This document shows, piece after piece, positions 26,217-39,344 of a DNA stretch of 64,000 nucleotides. A model generated the notes under the pieces. That model was not told where the DNA came from. It worked only from the letters and a program-made list of their open reading frames with translations, and did no database searches. Numbering within the stretch: position 1 is the first letter of the stretch; each line of letters starts with the position of its first letter. Source of the DNA: Narcine bancroftii (lineage: Eukaryota); NCBI RefSeq assembly GCF_036971445.1, contig NC_091469.1, positions 302,188,001 through 302,252,000 on the forward strand, given 5' to 3'. The position numbers were made by a program, and so were the translations under genes.

Positions 26217-26815
26217 AGCTTTAAACAAGTTCCAATGCAAATTATGGGAAAGGACATTCAAGTCCTTCTGAAGAACAACTTTGGTCAAACTGAATTCCGT
26301 GATACTACACATCACAGCTTCACATTTTAAAACTATTCTCCAATCTGTATTATTGCTAATACCATGCAATTAACTCTTGTTTAGCAGCTTCATGCAGGCA
26401 CCCTGGAAGTCTAAATGTACCACATCCTCTGAACAGGAGTGGATGGTATTTGGAATGCTGCACAAAACAAGGAACAGCAACAGTTTTGCTTCTGTGGTCC
26501 GACCTTCAGCATGATCATTCAGCTAACAGCAAATCAAATTTGGCCCTGACTCAAAAGCATCTCAAAGTGCTATGGGGTGCCTAATGTAACCGCTAAACTT
26601 TGGAAAATAAACCTACAGTTTTTGTTTAAGTTACAAGACTTTGTTTTGGACTACTATTTTATGACAATGTCATCAAGTAATAAATAATTGTTGGATCATG
26701 TTGCATAAATATCAAGGACAAAATTCATTCACCACCTTTAGACTTCAGATAAATGCAAACTTTCCTCTGTCAAAATATATTTGTTGTGCTTATGCATGGA
26801 ATTCAAACATTCTTT

Positions 26816-26980
26816 GGGTGGCAAGGTGAGTGGAGTGTTTAGCGCAACTCTATTAGAGCTTCAGCAACCTGGTTTTGAATCCGCCACTGTCTCTAAGGAG
26901 TTTATACATTGTCACAACATCTGCCTGCGTTTTCCCAGTTGCTCTGGTTTCCTCCCAGCCTTCAAAACATTCAGGTACAT
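26816..26980 (+). mobile_element. V-SINE (HE1-like), partial
   Basis: GGGTGGCAAGG head, B-box-like GGTTTTGAATCC, V-core GCTCTGGTTTCCTCCCA. Confidence 0.7.
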
Positions 26981-27031
26981 ATAATTAAAATTAAAATTTG
27001 AATTGGTTAAGATGGTACAATCAAAAGTGAA

Positions 27032-27193
27032 NNNNNNNNNNNNNNNNNNNNNNNNNNNNNNNNNNNNNNNNNNNNNNNNNNNNNNNNNNNNNNNNNNNNN
27101 NNNNNNNNNNNNNNNNNNNNNNNNNNNNNNNNNNNNNNNNNNNNNNNNNNNNNNNNNNNNNNNNNNNNNNNNNNNNNNNNNNNNNNNNNNNNN
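27032..27193. other. Assembly gap (162 N)
   Basis: Run of n characters. Confidence 1.
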
Positions 27194-28574
27194 TTTGGTA
27201 TTTTCAAGTAATTTCTCATGTCAGATTCTTTGTATTACTTATTATTTGTGGTTTTTGGTTAGCTTTTAGCAATTTTTTAAAAAGAGTTCTGTGTTCTGCC
27301 TTGACTGCTTTTCCCTCTTCGATGGGTTCAATTCAAAAGTAGAGGAAAGATGTTGAATAGACTACCTACAGTGCTATCTTTCAAAAATAAATGAGATATA
27401 TGATTGCAGTGACCTGTACAAAGCAAGGTAATATGGACTTAACTGTATTTTTTAAAAATCAAATTGGCAGAGAATAAAATGTTCAGAATGAGCTCCTTCT
27501 GATATAATGAATTTATAATTCTTTGCACAGATGGAATATGGAAAGAAACTTGGATGGCCTGTGTTTTAGACTCACATTCTTAACCATCTTTTTTTTTCTC
27601 TATATTCCTGATGGGAAATAATTTACAAACAACATAGAAAACAAAGTAAAAATATCTGTATAATGTAAGGCTTAGATGAAATGTAATTCAAGTGTCAAAA
27701 AGTTAAAAGTCCATATTTTCCTTCTTAATGGCAGCAGATATTAGTTTTTGTGAGCAGGTACAGTGAAAATATAATTAAATCCCAGAGGTATATTTTTGAC
27801 TTGAACATTTTTCTGCACAGCATTATCAAGTGACAGGTCTGTTCCCAAACGGAACATCTGAACTGTCTCAGCTGTTATTATCTGCTGAAAAACTGTTAGA
27901 AAATTATGATCTCTGTGCCAGGCTTAACAGTTTGTGTTTTAAAGGAATAACATTCTAACTGAATAACTATTATTGAAATATTGATTGCAAAGAGAATCAT
28001 TTACGAAACATGGCTTTCTCTCTCAAAGTGAAATAAGCTTCATGTAACTCCCAATTACAGCAATAAGAAACAAAAAGGGAGTGAGAGCAAATAATCATTA
28101 AAAGTTCATTGGGACCATGTTGGTATTTTCAATGAATAAAATACAAAACAGAATTGCATTTCACCTGTGTGTGCACTTGCTTCAATTATTTTTGTTTTAA
28201 ATTTTACTTAATAATACTGTTGAATAAATGGATAGTTAGCTTTCCAAGAAATACGTATGAATCAGGATTTCAATAAATAGCAGTTGAGAGCAGCCAGCTT
28301 GCAAATTAAACTGTAGATACTCTCAAAATTTATTTTAGCGATCTAACCAAGCCTACACAGAAAAAACATATTGAACTACAACGTGATTAGATTTCAAGGA
28401 ATGGAGTTATTTCTTAGGAAAAATACATCAATTTAAAAAGAAATCCTTATCAGGAAAGGCCAAATCCAAATGTAAAAGTTTTTTTTTAAGTTTGGCTTTC
28501 ATGAAATGAAGTTCTTTTCTGTATTTGTGTGTAAATTGTAAAATTTGCATAAACCAAATACAGCCTTTATTTCA

Positions 28575-28810
28575 TTTAGAAATGCAGCAGGCTAACAAGC
28601 CCTTCTGCATGGCCTGTATTGTCCAATTACACCCAGGTGACCAATGAACCCATCAGATTTTAGAATTTGGAGCAAAAGCAGAGCACTTGGAAGAAACCCA
28701 CATGGTCATAGGGAGGATGTACACACTCCTTACAGACAGTGTCGAATTTGAAACTGCATCACTGGTACTGTAATATTTTTGCAATAACCACTATACAAAC
28801 CATGCTGCCA
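28575..28810 (-). mobile_element. V-SINE (HE1-like)
   Basis: Colinear with 17998-18225. Confidence 0.75.
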
Positions 28811-28924
28811 TTTCCAATTGAAATCTCAGTGAAAGGAAGCATCACACATATCTAATTAATGAAATGTTTCTCATGCATATGGCACCAGTTAGATCCTTGT
28901 TTTATACCTGATAGTTAAGTAGAT

Positions 28925-29530
28925 AATAGACCATAAATCATAGGACATTTCAGCATCATAGGCCATGTTCTGCTGACCTCTATATTACTACCATTTTTTT
29001 TTAAATTAAATCTTCCCTACCTCATAATCCTCTATTTTTATTTAATCCATGTGTCTGTCTAATAGACTCTTAAACACCCCTATGTTTCAATCTCCACCGC
29101 CGTCCCTGGCAATGCATTCCAGTGCCCACAACACTGTTAAAAAAAAACCTCACTCCTGATTTCTCCTCCCTTCACTTTGTACAGCTGTCCTCTGGTGTTT
29201 GCTACACCTGCCCTGGGGGAAAAAAGGCACTAGCTGTCTACCTTATCCGAATCTTGTAGACATCTATTGAGTCACCTCTCATCCTTGTACATTCCAGCTT
29301 TACTAACCTTACCTCATAAGTTTTATTTTCACAAAATCCTGGTAAATCTCCTCTTCACCCTCTCCATAGCTTCCACATCCTTCCTATAGCATGGTGACCA
29401 GAAATGAACACAATATTCTAAGTGTGATCTAATATTTGTAGTTTTGAAACATGACTCAATCTTGACCTCAATCCCTGACTAATGAAGCCCCACATCTCAT
29501 AGACCTTTTGATCTATCCTATCAAATAGTT
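28925..29530 (-). mobile_element. CR1 3' fragment
   Basis: CATAAATCATAG tail; CCTGGCAATGCATTCCA and AATCTCCTCTTCACCCTCTCCA motifs shared with other CR1 3' ends. Confidence 0.7.
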
Positions 29531-31189
29531 TTTTTAAAAAAGAATAAATCCTCAGATGGAGCAGAAATATTCTCCATTTAAAGTGTCCTTCACAAATTCC
29601 ATTCTACCACCATTGCATAAATCCTTCCGGTTACTCGGCATTCTTTTTTTGCCCAATATGAATGTTCAACTAATTATCTGCTCCATCATAAAGATCACTC
29701 ATTCCTGTCCAAAACAGTGTCCAGGTCTGTCTTTGCCTCAACTCATTTGATGTTGAAGCCGTCAATGGTGACCTTTACTACAAGTCCACTTGTCTATTCT
29801 GCTGAATAACCTCTCATCAATGATCCTCCAATAACATTAGCTCATCCAACTCTTTGCAACCCATATTGCAATTCACACACTGCGCACCCTGAACCATTTG
29901 ACCTATATCATGACTTGGCCTATCAATACTTTGGGTTTAATATTTCCTTTACTTTCATCTGTCTCTGTGACTATGCCCTCCCCATCACAGTAACTTTCTC
30001 CAACCTTCAACTTTCAGATAACTACATTCCTTCAATTCTTGATTTTCTCAAGTTTTAATGCTTCCATTTAAAGAGGTGTCATGCCCTCAGTTGCTTGAGA
30101 CTTTCTGACTCTAATCCTCTCTTAGGACGCTCTGTATATCATCCTCTTAGGCTACCTGACTAAAGCTTGCTTCATAGCTTGGAAACAAGTTTGATTTGAT
30201 GTATCTGCTCATATTTTACCAAGGACAAGCATCTTTATTTTCAACACTTGCTTCAAAGCAAATGGAATTTTATCTCTCTGGTAAAAAGCAAACATATGTT
30301 CTTTCAAATTATCATTCTACACAGTCAACACAATAATCACTTTATGGATCTATTGTTCTAAACCAAATGGAACTGATTTTTTTTATTTTTCACTCAGCTT
30401 TTAAGACGAAGTGTGTAGAATGCATGAGATGTTACAGTAGAGAGCATATAATCAACCTTTGTTCTTACCAAAAATCAGTGACTGTTTAAAAAGCTATTTC
30501 ACATAAGAGCAAAGAATTGAAAGGATTTTAATTTAATTAATTTCTGAGTGTTATTTGTTCATTTAATACGTTAATAATGAGTAACAAGTTCTCAAAAAAG
30601 TTTAATGCTCTTTAGTTTAACAGTGAAAGAAGTTTCCTATCAAGTTGTTTAGTGATAAATGATGTTTCAAATATTGTTTTCTGAGTTGGGTTTCTCACCT
30701 ATTTCTACCAAAATGAAGCACAAGAATTTTTCATTATTTTCCATATAAATTAATCTCTTTTTTGACCTGAGAAGAATGTATTGAAAATTGTTTATGAGGG
30801 AAGAATTGAAGATTCACCGTACCCGAGGAAATAAAAACCATTTGAGAATAAACTTATTCTGACACACTCATAAATATATAAGAAAGTAATGGGAACTGGA
30901 AGAAGAAAAATGCCAGTTTTAAAAACTAATAATCCTCAATCATCTACTCCACCAAATATGAATACAACTCTCAATTTTTTTTACATAATGTCTGTTTGCC
31001 ATGTGTTTGAGCAGTTTAGGATGGGGAGGTCTTGTCTATTAAAAGATCATTTGAATTGTTCTGGGATAATTATGTTTTCTCAAACTCAACAACATTGGTG
31101 GTTATAGTTCATATCAGTTAGATCCATGTCAACTCAAGTTGAGAGGAGATGCTTTCATTTGCAGTATTCATACAAGATGAACTAAGCTT

Positions 31190-31285
31190 TATACACAAAG
31201 ATGCTGGAGAAACTCAGCAGGCCATGTAGCATCATACAAAGTAAAAGGTAACCAACATTTTGGGCCTGAGCCCTTCATCAGGAAT
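31190..31285 (-). mobile_element. Penelope-like terminal repeat with decayed hammerhead core
   Basis: Minus strand CTGATGA-A-GGGC-TCAG-GCCC-AAAATGT, then GATGCT..CCTGCTGAGTTTCTCCAGCA. Confidence 0.65.
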
Positions 31286-31416
31286 CTCAATATTCAATCT
31301 TTCCAAATGCTTATAAGTAGTAGAGATTCCCATAGTGGTGTAAATACAAGTCAATGATCTTGCCACCATCTCAATCATTCCAGGCCAGTTAATATTCACC
31401 ATCCAGTGACTTAGAT

Positions 31417-31748
31417 CAGTCGTTTTCAATTTTTTTCTTTCCACTGACATACCACCTTAAGTAATCCCTATGCCATTGGTGCTCTGTGATAAGTAAGGGA
31501 TAACTTAAAATGGTATGTGAGTGGAAAGAAAAAGTTTGAAAACCAGTTTTAATCATACCTAATTGACTTGTTATGTGCACGGTTTCAAAACTCCAAGGGA
31601 AATGGGCCAATGACAATTTTTCTCAAGCAAAATATTTCATTAACAATTGGGTCTACAATAATGGTTCCCAACCTTTTTTCCCCACTCACACCTTAAGCAA
31701 TCCCTTAAGATGGTAAGTGAGTGGAAAGAAAAAGTTTGGAAATCACTG
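31417..31748. mobile_element. Compound hAT MITE, copy 1
   Basis: CAGT..ACTG termini, two internal palindromic modules, TSD ACTTAGAT/ATTTAGAT; homologous to 57866-58241. Confidence 0.85.
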
Positions 31749-32179
31749 ATTTAGATAATTTTCCATCCATTTTAGCAATTTACTTTTAGATCTGTACCTT
31801 TGGGCAATTTGGAATTCCTTGCCTAATTCAAATGCATCACAGCTGCACATATCACATAGCTAACAATATCTTCTTTTCCTCTACAAAGTCCAGTAAGCTT
31901 TGGAAAAGAAAATTCACTCTGTCCTTCTCTACCATAATATACTCATCCAGATCTTTAAATGTGTTCATGACATATGCTCTAGTCAGCTATAAGCAACAAA
32001 CATTTCAACCATTTTACCATTTGAAGTTCAAATTAGTTTATCAAAAAGTTTGCTGCAACCTTTCCTTGATTTTTGATTTATTCCATCACATGCATATTAT
32101 TTTAATTACATTATTTTTGTATTCATCTCATGATAAATCTTATGTGGTTTATTTGAAAGTAGAGAGATGTTTATTTGAG

Positions 32180-33119
32180 AGATGCAGATTTCAGATTTAT
32201 TGTCAGAGAATATACATGGCATCATATCCAACTCTGAAATTCTTTTCCCTGCGGGCAAATTACCACTTACTGGCAGTGCAGAATAATACTGACTCAATGT
32301 ACACATGTAAACAAATAAAGAAATGTAAACAAACTGTGCAATACGGAGAAAAAATAATCAATAAAGTACAAAAGTAAGAGTCCTTACTTATATAAGTTCC
32401 TGTTTGAGTCTGTTGTTGAGGAGTCTAATGGAGGAGGGGTAGCAGCTGTTCCTGAACCTGGTGGTGTAAGTCTCGTGATGCCTATACCTCTTTGCTGATG
32501 GTAGCAGTGAGAGGTGTGCTGGCAGGCTTGGATCCTTGATGATTATTGCTGCTCTCCAGCAGCAGCGTTCCCTATAGATGTTCTCAATGATGGGGTGAGT
32601 TTTACCTGTGTTATGGGCCCAAAGGATCCCAAAACCAAGCAACAATAGAAGTTCACCAAGACAAATTGTTACTTAAACAAAAGTCATTTTTAATTTTCTT
32701 TAAACAAAAAACAGAATCAAACTTTACCTTATTACTATGAACTTAACTTAACCCCCTTCTAATTCCATGTGCATGTGTATGTATTGTGTATATGTTCAAA
32801 AAAGTTCTTTGATTCACAGTCCAATCTCACTTCTCACTCCTCCAAGTTCATCAATATCAAGCAATTTTTATACCAACAGAATTTAACATTTATGAATTTT
32901 CACTAATCTCTGGTTTTTAAAGGTAAATGGTTACCACTCAGGAAGGTTCTTGTTGGTTTCAAAGAGAGATGTGTTGCTCATTGATCAACAGGCTGAACTC
33001 AGAGCTCACAACCCATCTTTAAAATGGCGTTTTAAACAAGCTGCCAGCTTGTTGTTGCAGCCTCCAAAAGCCAATGCAGAAAACCATTTCTCTCTGTCTC
33101 AGAGAAATCCTGTTTGGCC

Positions 33120-33153
<34 letters not shown>

Positions 33154-33662
33154 GCTTGCAAAACCACATGACCTTCTTACAACAGCAAACTGCAACCATA
33201 CAGATTATGGCACCAGACCCAATCTTCTGAACCTGTTCATCTGTTGCTTTCAAAACAAAAATCCATTTACACCTGCTTTTGAAAGAAATTCTTTAGCAAA
33301 GCAATCTCATTGTTTTATTTGCAAAGGCTCTTGGTGCCTGCATGACTCACTTTCAGCAAAGCTCCTGCATATTAAATAAGATCTGTTTTGTGAAGTGTTT
33401 GTTTTTTTGTGACCTACAGATTAACACCCCCCCCCCAAACAATCTATCTCCTTCAAAACATATTTATATACAATATAAAATATAATAAACCTGTCACACA
33501 TGTGATGTTCTGGATTGTGTCCACTACCTTTAGCAAGTCTTTATGTTCAAAGCATTGGTGTCCCCATACCAGATCATGATTCAGCCAGTCAGCACACTTA
33601 CCACTGAACATCTTTAGAAATTTTCCAGGGTTTCCGATGTCATGCCAAGCCTCTGCAAACTG
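32180..33662 (-). mobile_element. Rex1/Babar 3' fragment interrupted by a solo LTR
   Basis: IIKDPSLPAH..LLPSAKRYR..TTRFRNSCYPSSIRLLN on the minus strand; resumes at 33503. Confidence 0.8.
32609..33498. mobile_element. Solo LTR (890 bp), family unassigned
   Basis: TG...CA ends, 4-bp TSD CCTG/CATG; removal restores the Rex1 sequence TTTACCTGTGATGTTC; internal (CT)n at about 33120-33153. Confidence 0.75.
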
Positions 33663-34796
33663 AAACCTGAAATTGAAGATAAATATTCAGCAAAACCAAG
33701 TATGCTTCTTCATAAGACCAGACCAGTTCAGCTTGAAAATTTTCATTTCAGATCATCACTACAGATTTTCATATTGAGATGATATACGAGAACACCGAAA
33801 GACTAGATAGATAAATAAATGAGAAATAATGGCAAAGATAATCCCACACATTTCACATCAAGTACAACCATCAAACAAATATCAACTTTTTTTCTAAAAA
33901 ATAAAAGCTTCAAATGCTAAGCTGTGTTATAGTTCAGAATCAAAAGACTAAACAGAGAAGCTACAAAGATTGTTTGACGACTGCACCATAATTCTACAAA
34001 AATAAATTCAGGTAACTCAAAAATTCAGGTAACCACAATGAGTATAACATGTGCATCTACCAGTAATTGTCTAAAATAAGCAACTGGATTGAAAGTGACA
34101 CTTTTCTGTCCAGGAATAGATAGTTAAAGTGTATTATTTGGTAAGTTTGTGGCAAATGATGCCATTCATTATTTGACCTTCATAACTGTATGCAACAGCT
34201 TAAATGAACAAGTGTCCCTTTGTTGACATTTATGATGGATGAATAATAAGATTTTATAAAGCAGAAAACTCATCAGAAAAGGGTCGATATTTAATAAGAG
34301 TGATCTCTAAATAGGTCAGTGATTCTATTGTGAAATATAATTAGATCAGGGAGAAAATAACAGTGCACATTAAATTGCAATAAGATTTCTTTATTTTTCT
34401 CAGCCCAGAATACATAAAAGGTAAAGGAGTGTATCTTGATGGGATGTCTAGACATCTAATATCCCCACTGCAGTTATGCATGCTTGAAGATACTTTATTT
34501 GGAACCAAAGGGCCTTTCTTGTGAGCCTGACTCCAGCAGCAATGTCAAAGCAGTAACAGGAAAACAGAAGGAACCATATGCTTAAATTCTTTGAGTTTTG
34601 ACAAATGGAAAAGTGCCTCCTGCACTTTTGTAGCTATAACAACTGTCAAAACTATTTTTTATTCAGCTTCTGAATCCCCAACATTCAGAAACAGTTATAA
34701 TCACATCAGTTGTTGAAAAATTAAACCAAAATTAATTGAAAAATTAAAATATTTCAAATTGTGCACATAAATCATTTGGAACTTTAAACAAAAAAA

Positions 34797-35007
34797 TGGT
34801 GGCAGGATTAATGTAGTAGTTAGCGCAACACTGTTACAAATTTGATGTTGTCGATAAGGAGTTTGTACATCCTCCGTGTATGTTTCCTCCAGTAGCTCTA
34901 GTTTCCTCCCAACCAGCAAAATGAAATGTACAGGGATCATAAGTTTATTGTTGTTTTTGGAGGTTATGGTCTTGTGGACCAGAAAGTCCTTTTACCATGC
35001 TGTATAT
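34797..35007 (+). mobile_element. V-SINE (HE1-like), degenerate
   Basis: GGTGGCAGG..GTAGTAGTTAGCGCAAC head, AAGGAGTTTGTACAT core. Confidence 0.7.
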
Positions 35008-35859
35008 CAAAAAAAATGATGATTAATGAAAAATCTTCCATTTCTTATTTTTGCAGCTTTATAATCCCTATGAAATCTTCAAGTGGTAGATCCTGCGTAA
35101 ACTCCAAAACGGCGCATGATCCAAGAGCCATTTCCCCAATGCACGAACTGGGGAAACTGAGTAAGACATAGCTGTCTTGTTGAATTTTATTAGGAGCTGA
35201 GAACTGCAGAACCTACTATCATTGTCAAAGTGGTGGATTTCCATGTTTGTCTGATCAGGCACCTAAGACCTGGAATTGATGAGACTTTGACAGCAAGTAC
35301 AGATTAAAGAGACTTGAACAGCTCTCAATTGGTTTCCAGCCCAAATGTACTTTACCTTCTCCAAACCTCAAACCATTCACTCTCAGTATCCAATTGGTCT
35401 TTAATGGGCTTGACCTACATGTATCCTTTTAACTCACTGATCTCTAGGTACAGGACTCTGAGATTTATGTCCCTTCAGCAATGGCAATCAATATAACCCA
35501 AAACTGCTTCAGAGCCTTTGAGTTGGAAGAGTTAATTATGTTTGTCTGTAAACAAATTAGAGTTAAAGGAAATAGTAGCAGATCTCAAAAGCAGGTTTGA
35601 ATACTGTCCAGATCATGAGTTTATAATAATAGATATATTGAAAAAGAACTGTACAGGTTAATCACAGCTATAAACTCTTGATCAATGACCCAATAAATCA
35701 TTGCCAGTTCAAGTGATAATCCAAGCAGTTTTTTTTTATATTAATATCAATATTTGTCTTTCACATTCTCTCAAGTTGTGAGTTCCAGGCCACATGACAC
35801 TTTGGATAGAAAAAAAAATCTTCTATAAATTTTATTTAATCCTTCTATGCTCACTCACA

Positions 35860-36424
35860 AGGCCTTTTCATAGTGGAAAAAAAAAGCCTTTACATCGCTT
35901 CACTTACCTTGTTGAAAGTTCTGAGGTTGGATTCAGGAGGCGAACTCCCATCTGCCTAGAGGGGGTTAGACTCAGAGGTTGAGCGACCTCTCTTCACTTC
36001 TTCCATGAAGGCAATGCCGCTGAAAGCAGCTGCAAAGGGGCAGGCTGATGACATCGCAATGATGTTGTCAGCCCATAACCCAGGAGCGCCAACTTTAAAG
36101 TGCTCAGTGTGGTCATATACTTAATGTATATTATTGTAGATTTATGTTTAAAAAGTACCTGTTTGACTGCAGTAAATAATAATTTTGTTCTTTTTTGGTG
36201 GGAGGGAATGTTTATATTAATTTTTCACTTGCCAGTGCGTATGTTTGACGTCACAGTGACATTACTGTGCCACTTGCCCTGACTCCGGAAGATGGCTCCT
36301 GACACACCTCAGTAAAAAAGCATTGCTGGATCAGCCTTATAGGCTTTCTCCATAAAAAGGTAAATTTAACTTTTTTTTAATCATTGAGCTGCCTTCAAGG
36401 CAGCATTACGCCATGTAAAGGCCC
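35860..36424. mobile_element. Probable PIF/Harbinger-type MITE
   Basis: Degenerate inverted ends AGGCCTTTTCAT / ATGTAAAGGCCC; no coding content. Confidence 0.4.
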
Positions 36425-36434
36425 ACAATCTCTG

Positions 36435-36512
36435 TTTCTTTTCTGTACATTTATTATCATCTGACGGCGCATAGACAACCAGATGGAGCAAAATTTCTTC
36501 AGACCATGGTCT

Positions 36513-36543
<31 letters not shown>

Positions 36544-37130
36544 TAGCATATAATAATCTCATATACGCATAAAGATATTATTTAAAATAAGTATACATAA
36601 ATATTTTGGATGGTTTACTAGGCTATGTGGTACTATTCATCAATCTCACATCCTGTGGGAAGAAGCTATTTCCCCATCTGGCAAGCCTGATTCTAATGGT
36701 CCTGTACCTTCTTCTGTTTTTAAATATTTTTTTATTTACCACATTATGAACCATATCGACCAAAATATCTGTACCTTCTTCTTGATGGTAGAGGGTCAAT
36801 CATGGTGTGTGCTGGATGGAAAGTGTCCTCAATAATTCTTTGACCCTTTTTAAGCAATGCCCTGGTAAACATCGTTAATATAGGAAAGGGAGATCCCAGT
36901 GATCTTCTCGGCTGTCTTGTTGAGATTCTGTATTGACTTACGATCCAATGCTTTGAAGCTACCATTCCACAAAATGATGCAGCCAGATACAACACTCTCA
37001 ATTTATACTCCTGTAAAATGTCCTGAAGATGAGGGCCAGTACCCTACCCTCCCTCAACCTCCTCAGGCTCTGCTGTGCCTTCATGGCTAATGAGGAAGTG
37101 TTGTGGATCGAGGATAGGTCATCCCGTATA
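36435..37130 (-). mobile_element. Rex1/Babar 3' fragment with (CA)n at about 36513-36539
   Basis: RIIEDTFHPAH..PLPSRRRYR on the minus strand. Confidence 0.7.
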
Positions 37131-38409
37131 GAACTCTTGGAATTTTATACACATCAGTTAAATCTGTGACTGCTGCATTTTAAAGAAAGCAGTTCCAGCC
37201 TAACTAATCTCTTGTCATTAATTAAACTCTCAATCCTGGCTAAATATTCATGAATCTTCTTTGTATTCTCTCAGATTTTGTTAGACCAGCCAGTGATGTG
37301 CTGAAAAGACATAATTGGGTCCTAACTAATGTTTTGTACAAATTTGAATTGACCTCCTCCTCCAATCATCAATGCATTAGTCAATAAATGCCAATGCCTA
37401 CAAGCCTTCTCTACCTCTACTGGTATATTCAGGGATGTAAGTGTGTTCCAAGATCCCCATGTTCATCTACCCTTCCACTATACCCAGTGTTGCATTCTGA
37501 TAAATAAATGATTTTCTATGTTTCTAGAACACATTCCTAAACTTATCAAATGAGGGCAATGAAGGCAAGCTGTGGATTCAGAGAAGAGAATATAATGAAA
37601 GGGAGTTAAGATTATTGAACATCTCGGGTAACATAGCAAGAGAAGAAAAGAACGTACAAAAATCTCTGCAAACCTTGTCACATTTCCACACTAACCAGTG
37701 AATTTTTTTTTTTGAAAGGTTAAAGATCACAGAACAAAAGATCTTAACTGGCAGGATGATGGATTTATACTCACTCTGATTCATTTTCTTGTCTTAGATT
37801 TCACCAGGGCCTTCATGAGGAGAGAAAGCATATACTTATGTCTGCACACATCGTTGCAGGTAATCTTCAAATAATAATTTTATATTTGGGAAATGACAGA
37901 GAAAATGTCTGGTTTTCCAAATTATAATTCACATCATTAACTGAAGACAATCTCTTTATAAATGGTTTTTTCATTGATGTGAAATTTGAACATAAATGAC
38001 TTCAGGGAAGAAACAAAGATCTGATAGATGGGAGTTATTAGAGTATTAGAGCAATAAATAGGTTTGCATGTGCCTCAATGTAAAATAATTGTCTAGTTTC
38101 TTGATGGTCTATCACCTAGGGGAATCAATATTGACCATGATACGTTGGTCAGCAGTTTGAGGACCCTACAACTATCATGCATGTTATTCTTAAATCCACT
38201 ATTGTATTATCATTGTTCACCATTTATTGCTTAAATGGGGGTCTCAGAATTAGTAAGGACCTTTTCCAACTAGCTATGATCAGGAAGAAGGTACAGGAGC
38301 ATGAAAATTGGCACTGCTAGATTAGGAAATAGACTCTTCCTGCAGGTTGTGAGATTGATACCAAGTATATTATTAAAAAATATATATACATATATTTATT
38401 TTAAATTCT

Positions 38410-39245
38410 AACTTCCAAAACATTGTTCAAGAGGCAGATGTGGATATGTCAATGACGACTGTCCAAAGAAGACTTTATGGTCAGAAATACAGAGGCTACA
38501 CTCCAAGATGCAAATCACCAGTAAGCCATAGAAACAGAAAGGCCAGATTATTGTTTGCCATGAAGTATTTGAAAGATCCTGCAGAATTCTGGAAAAAAAA
38601 AGTCTTGTGAGCAGATGAGACCTGTAGTCGAGAGATGGCATGAGCAATTTGCCATGGTTTGCATCTGCCTGCCTTCGGAAGAGTGTTTCTGATCTGTCGC
38701 ACATATACTTGGGGATTTTTCTTTATTATGATGAGAATTTTTCTGTCATCAATAGTGTAGGAATTCCTTGGAATACCAGTCCTTTTTCTATTACTGAGCT
38801 CATCAGTACACCTTTTTTTTTGCTTAATGATGTTCCAAACTGTTGATTTCAGCATTTTCTTTTACTGTTTGATTTTTGTTCAGCCTCATAATGGATTCTT
38901 TGACTTTCATTGGCACAACTCTGGTCCTCAGGATGAAAAGTGGCAACTACAGACTCCAGAGGTGATCAAAAGATTAGAAGGAAGCCTAGCTCTTTTATAC
39001 TTGGACCAATTAAACATTCCTGAGTATTCACAAACAGCTGTGAAGCTAAATGTCCCAAACATTATGATGCCCTGAAATGAGAGGACTACATATAAAACAT
39101 GCTCTAATTCCTACATGGTCAAACCAAAATGTATACAAATAACCCAGAATAAAATCAGGAATATGCACTTTAATTACATGTGAATTGTTTGATTATGAAT
39201 TGAAAACTGGAGCACAGGCAAATAAATGAAAAAAGTGCCTTGTGA
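38410..39245 (-). mobile_element. Tc1 transposon remnant, internally rearranged
   Basis: Minus strand KSTVWNIIK..NRKRTG.PR..DDRKIL..KKNP (paired HTH); plus strand 38410-38621 TVQRRL..RKARLLFA..FWKKVL.ADET. Confidence 0.85.
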
Positions 39246-39344
39246 TTATTATGTGCTAGGTATTTTTTGGGTGTAGGTGTGCACCATGGTCCGGAGAAAT
39301 GCTGTTTCACCTCGTAAAGTCAGATGATAATAAACTTCAAAATA

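Noticed and set aside
27003-27269. ORFs spanning the N run
   Set aside because: Artefacts of the assembly gap.
31832-32377. 181-aa plus-strand ORF
   Set aside because: Compositionally non-coding, crosses into the antisense of a Rex1 tail, no motifs.
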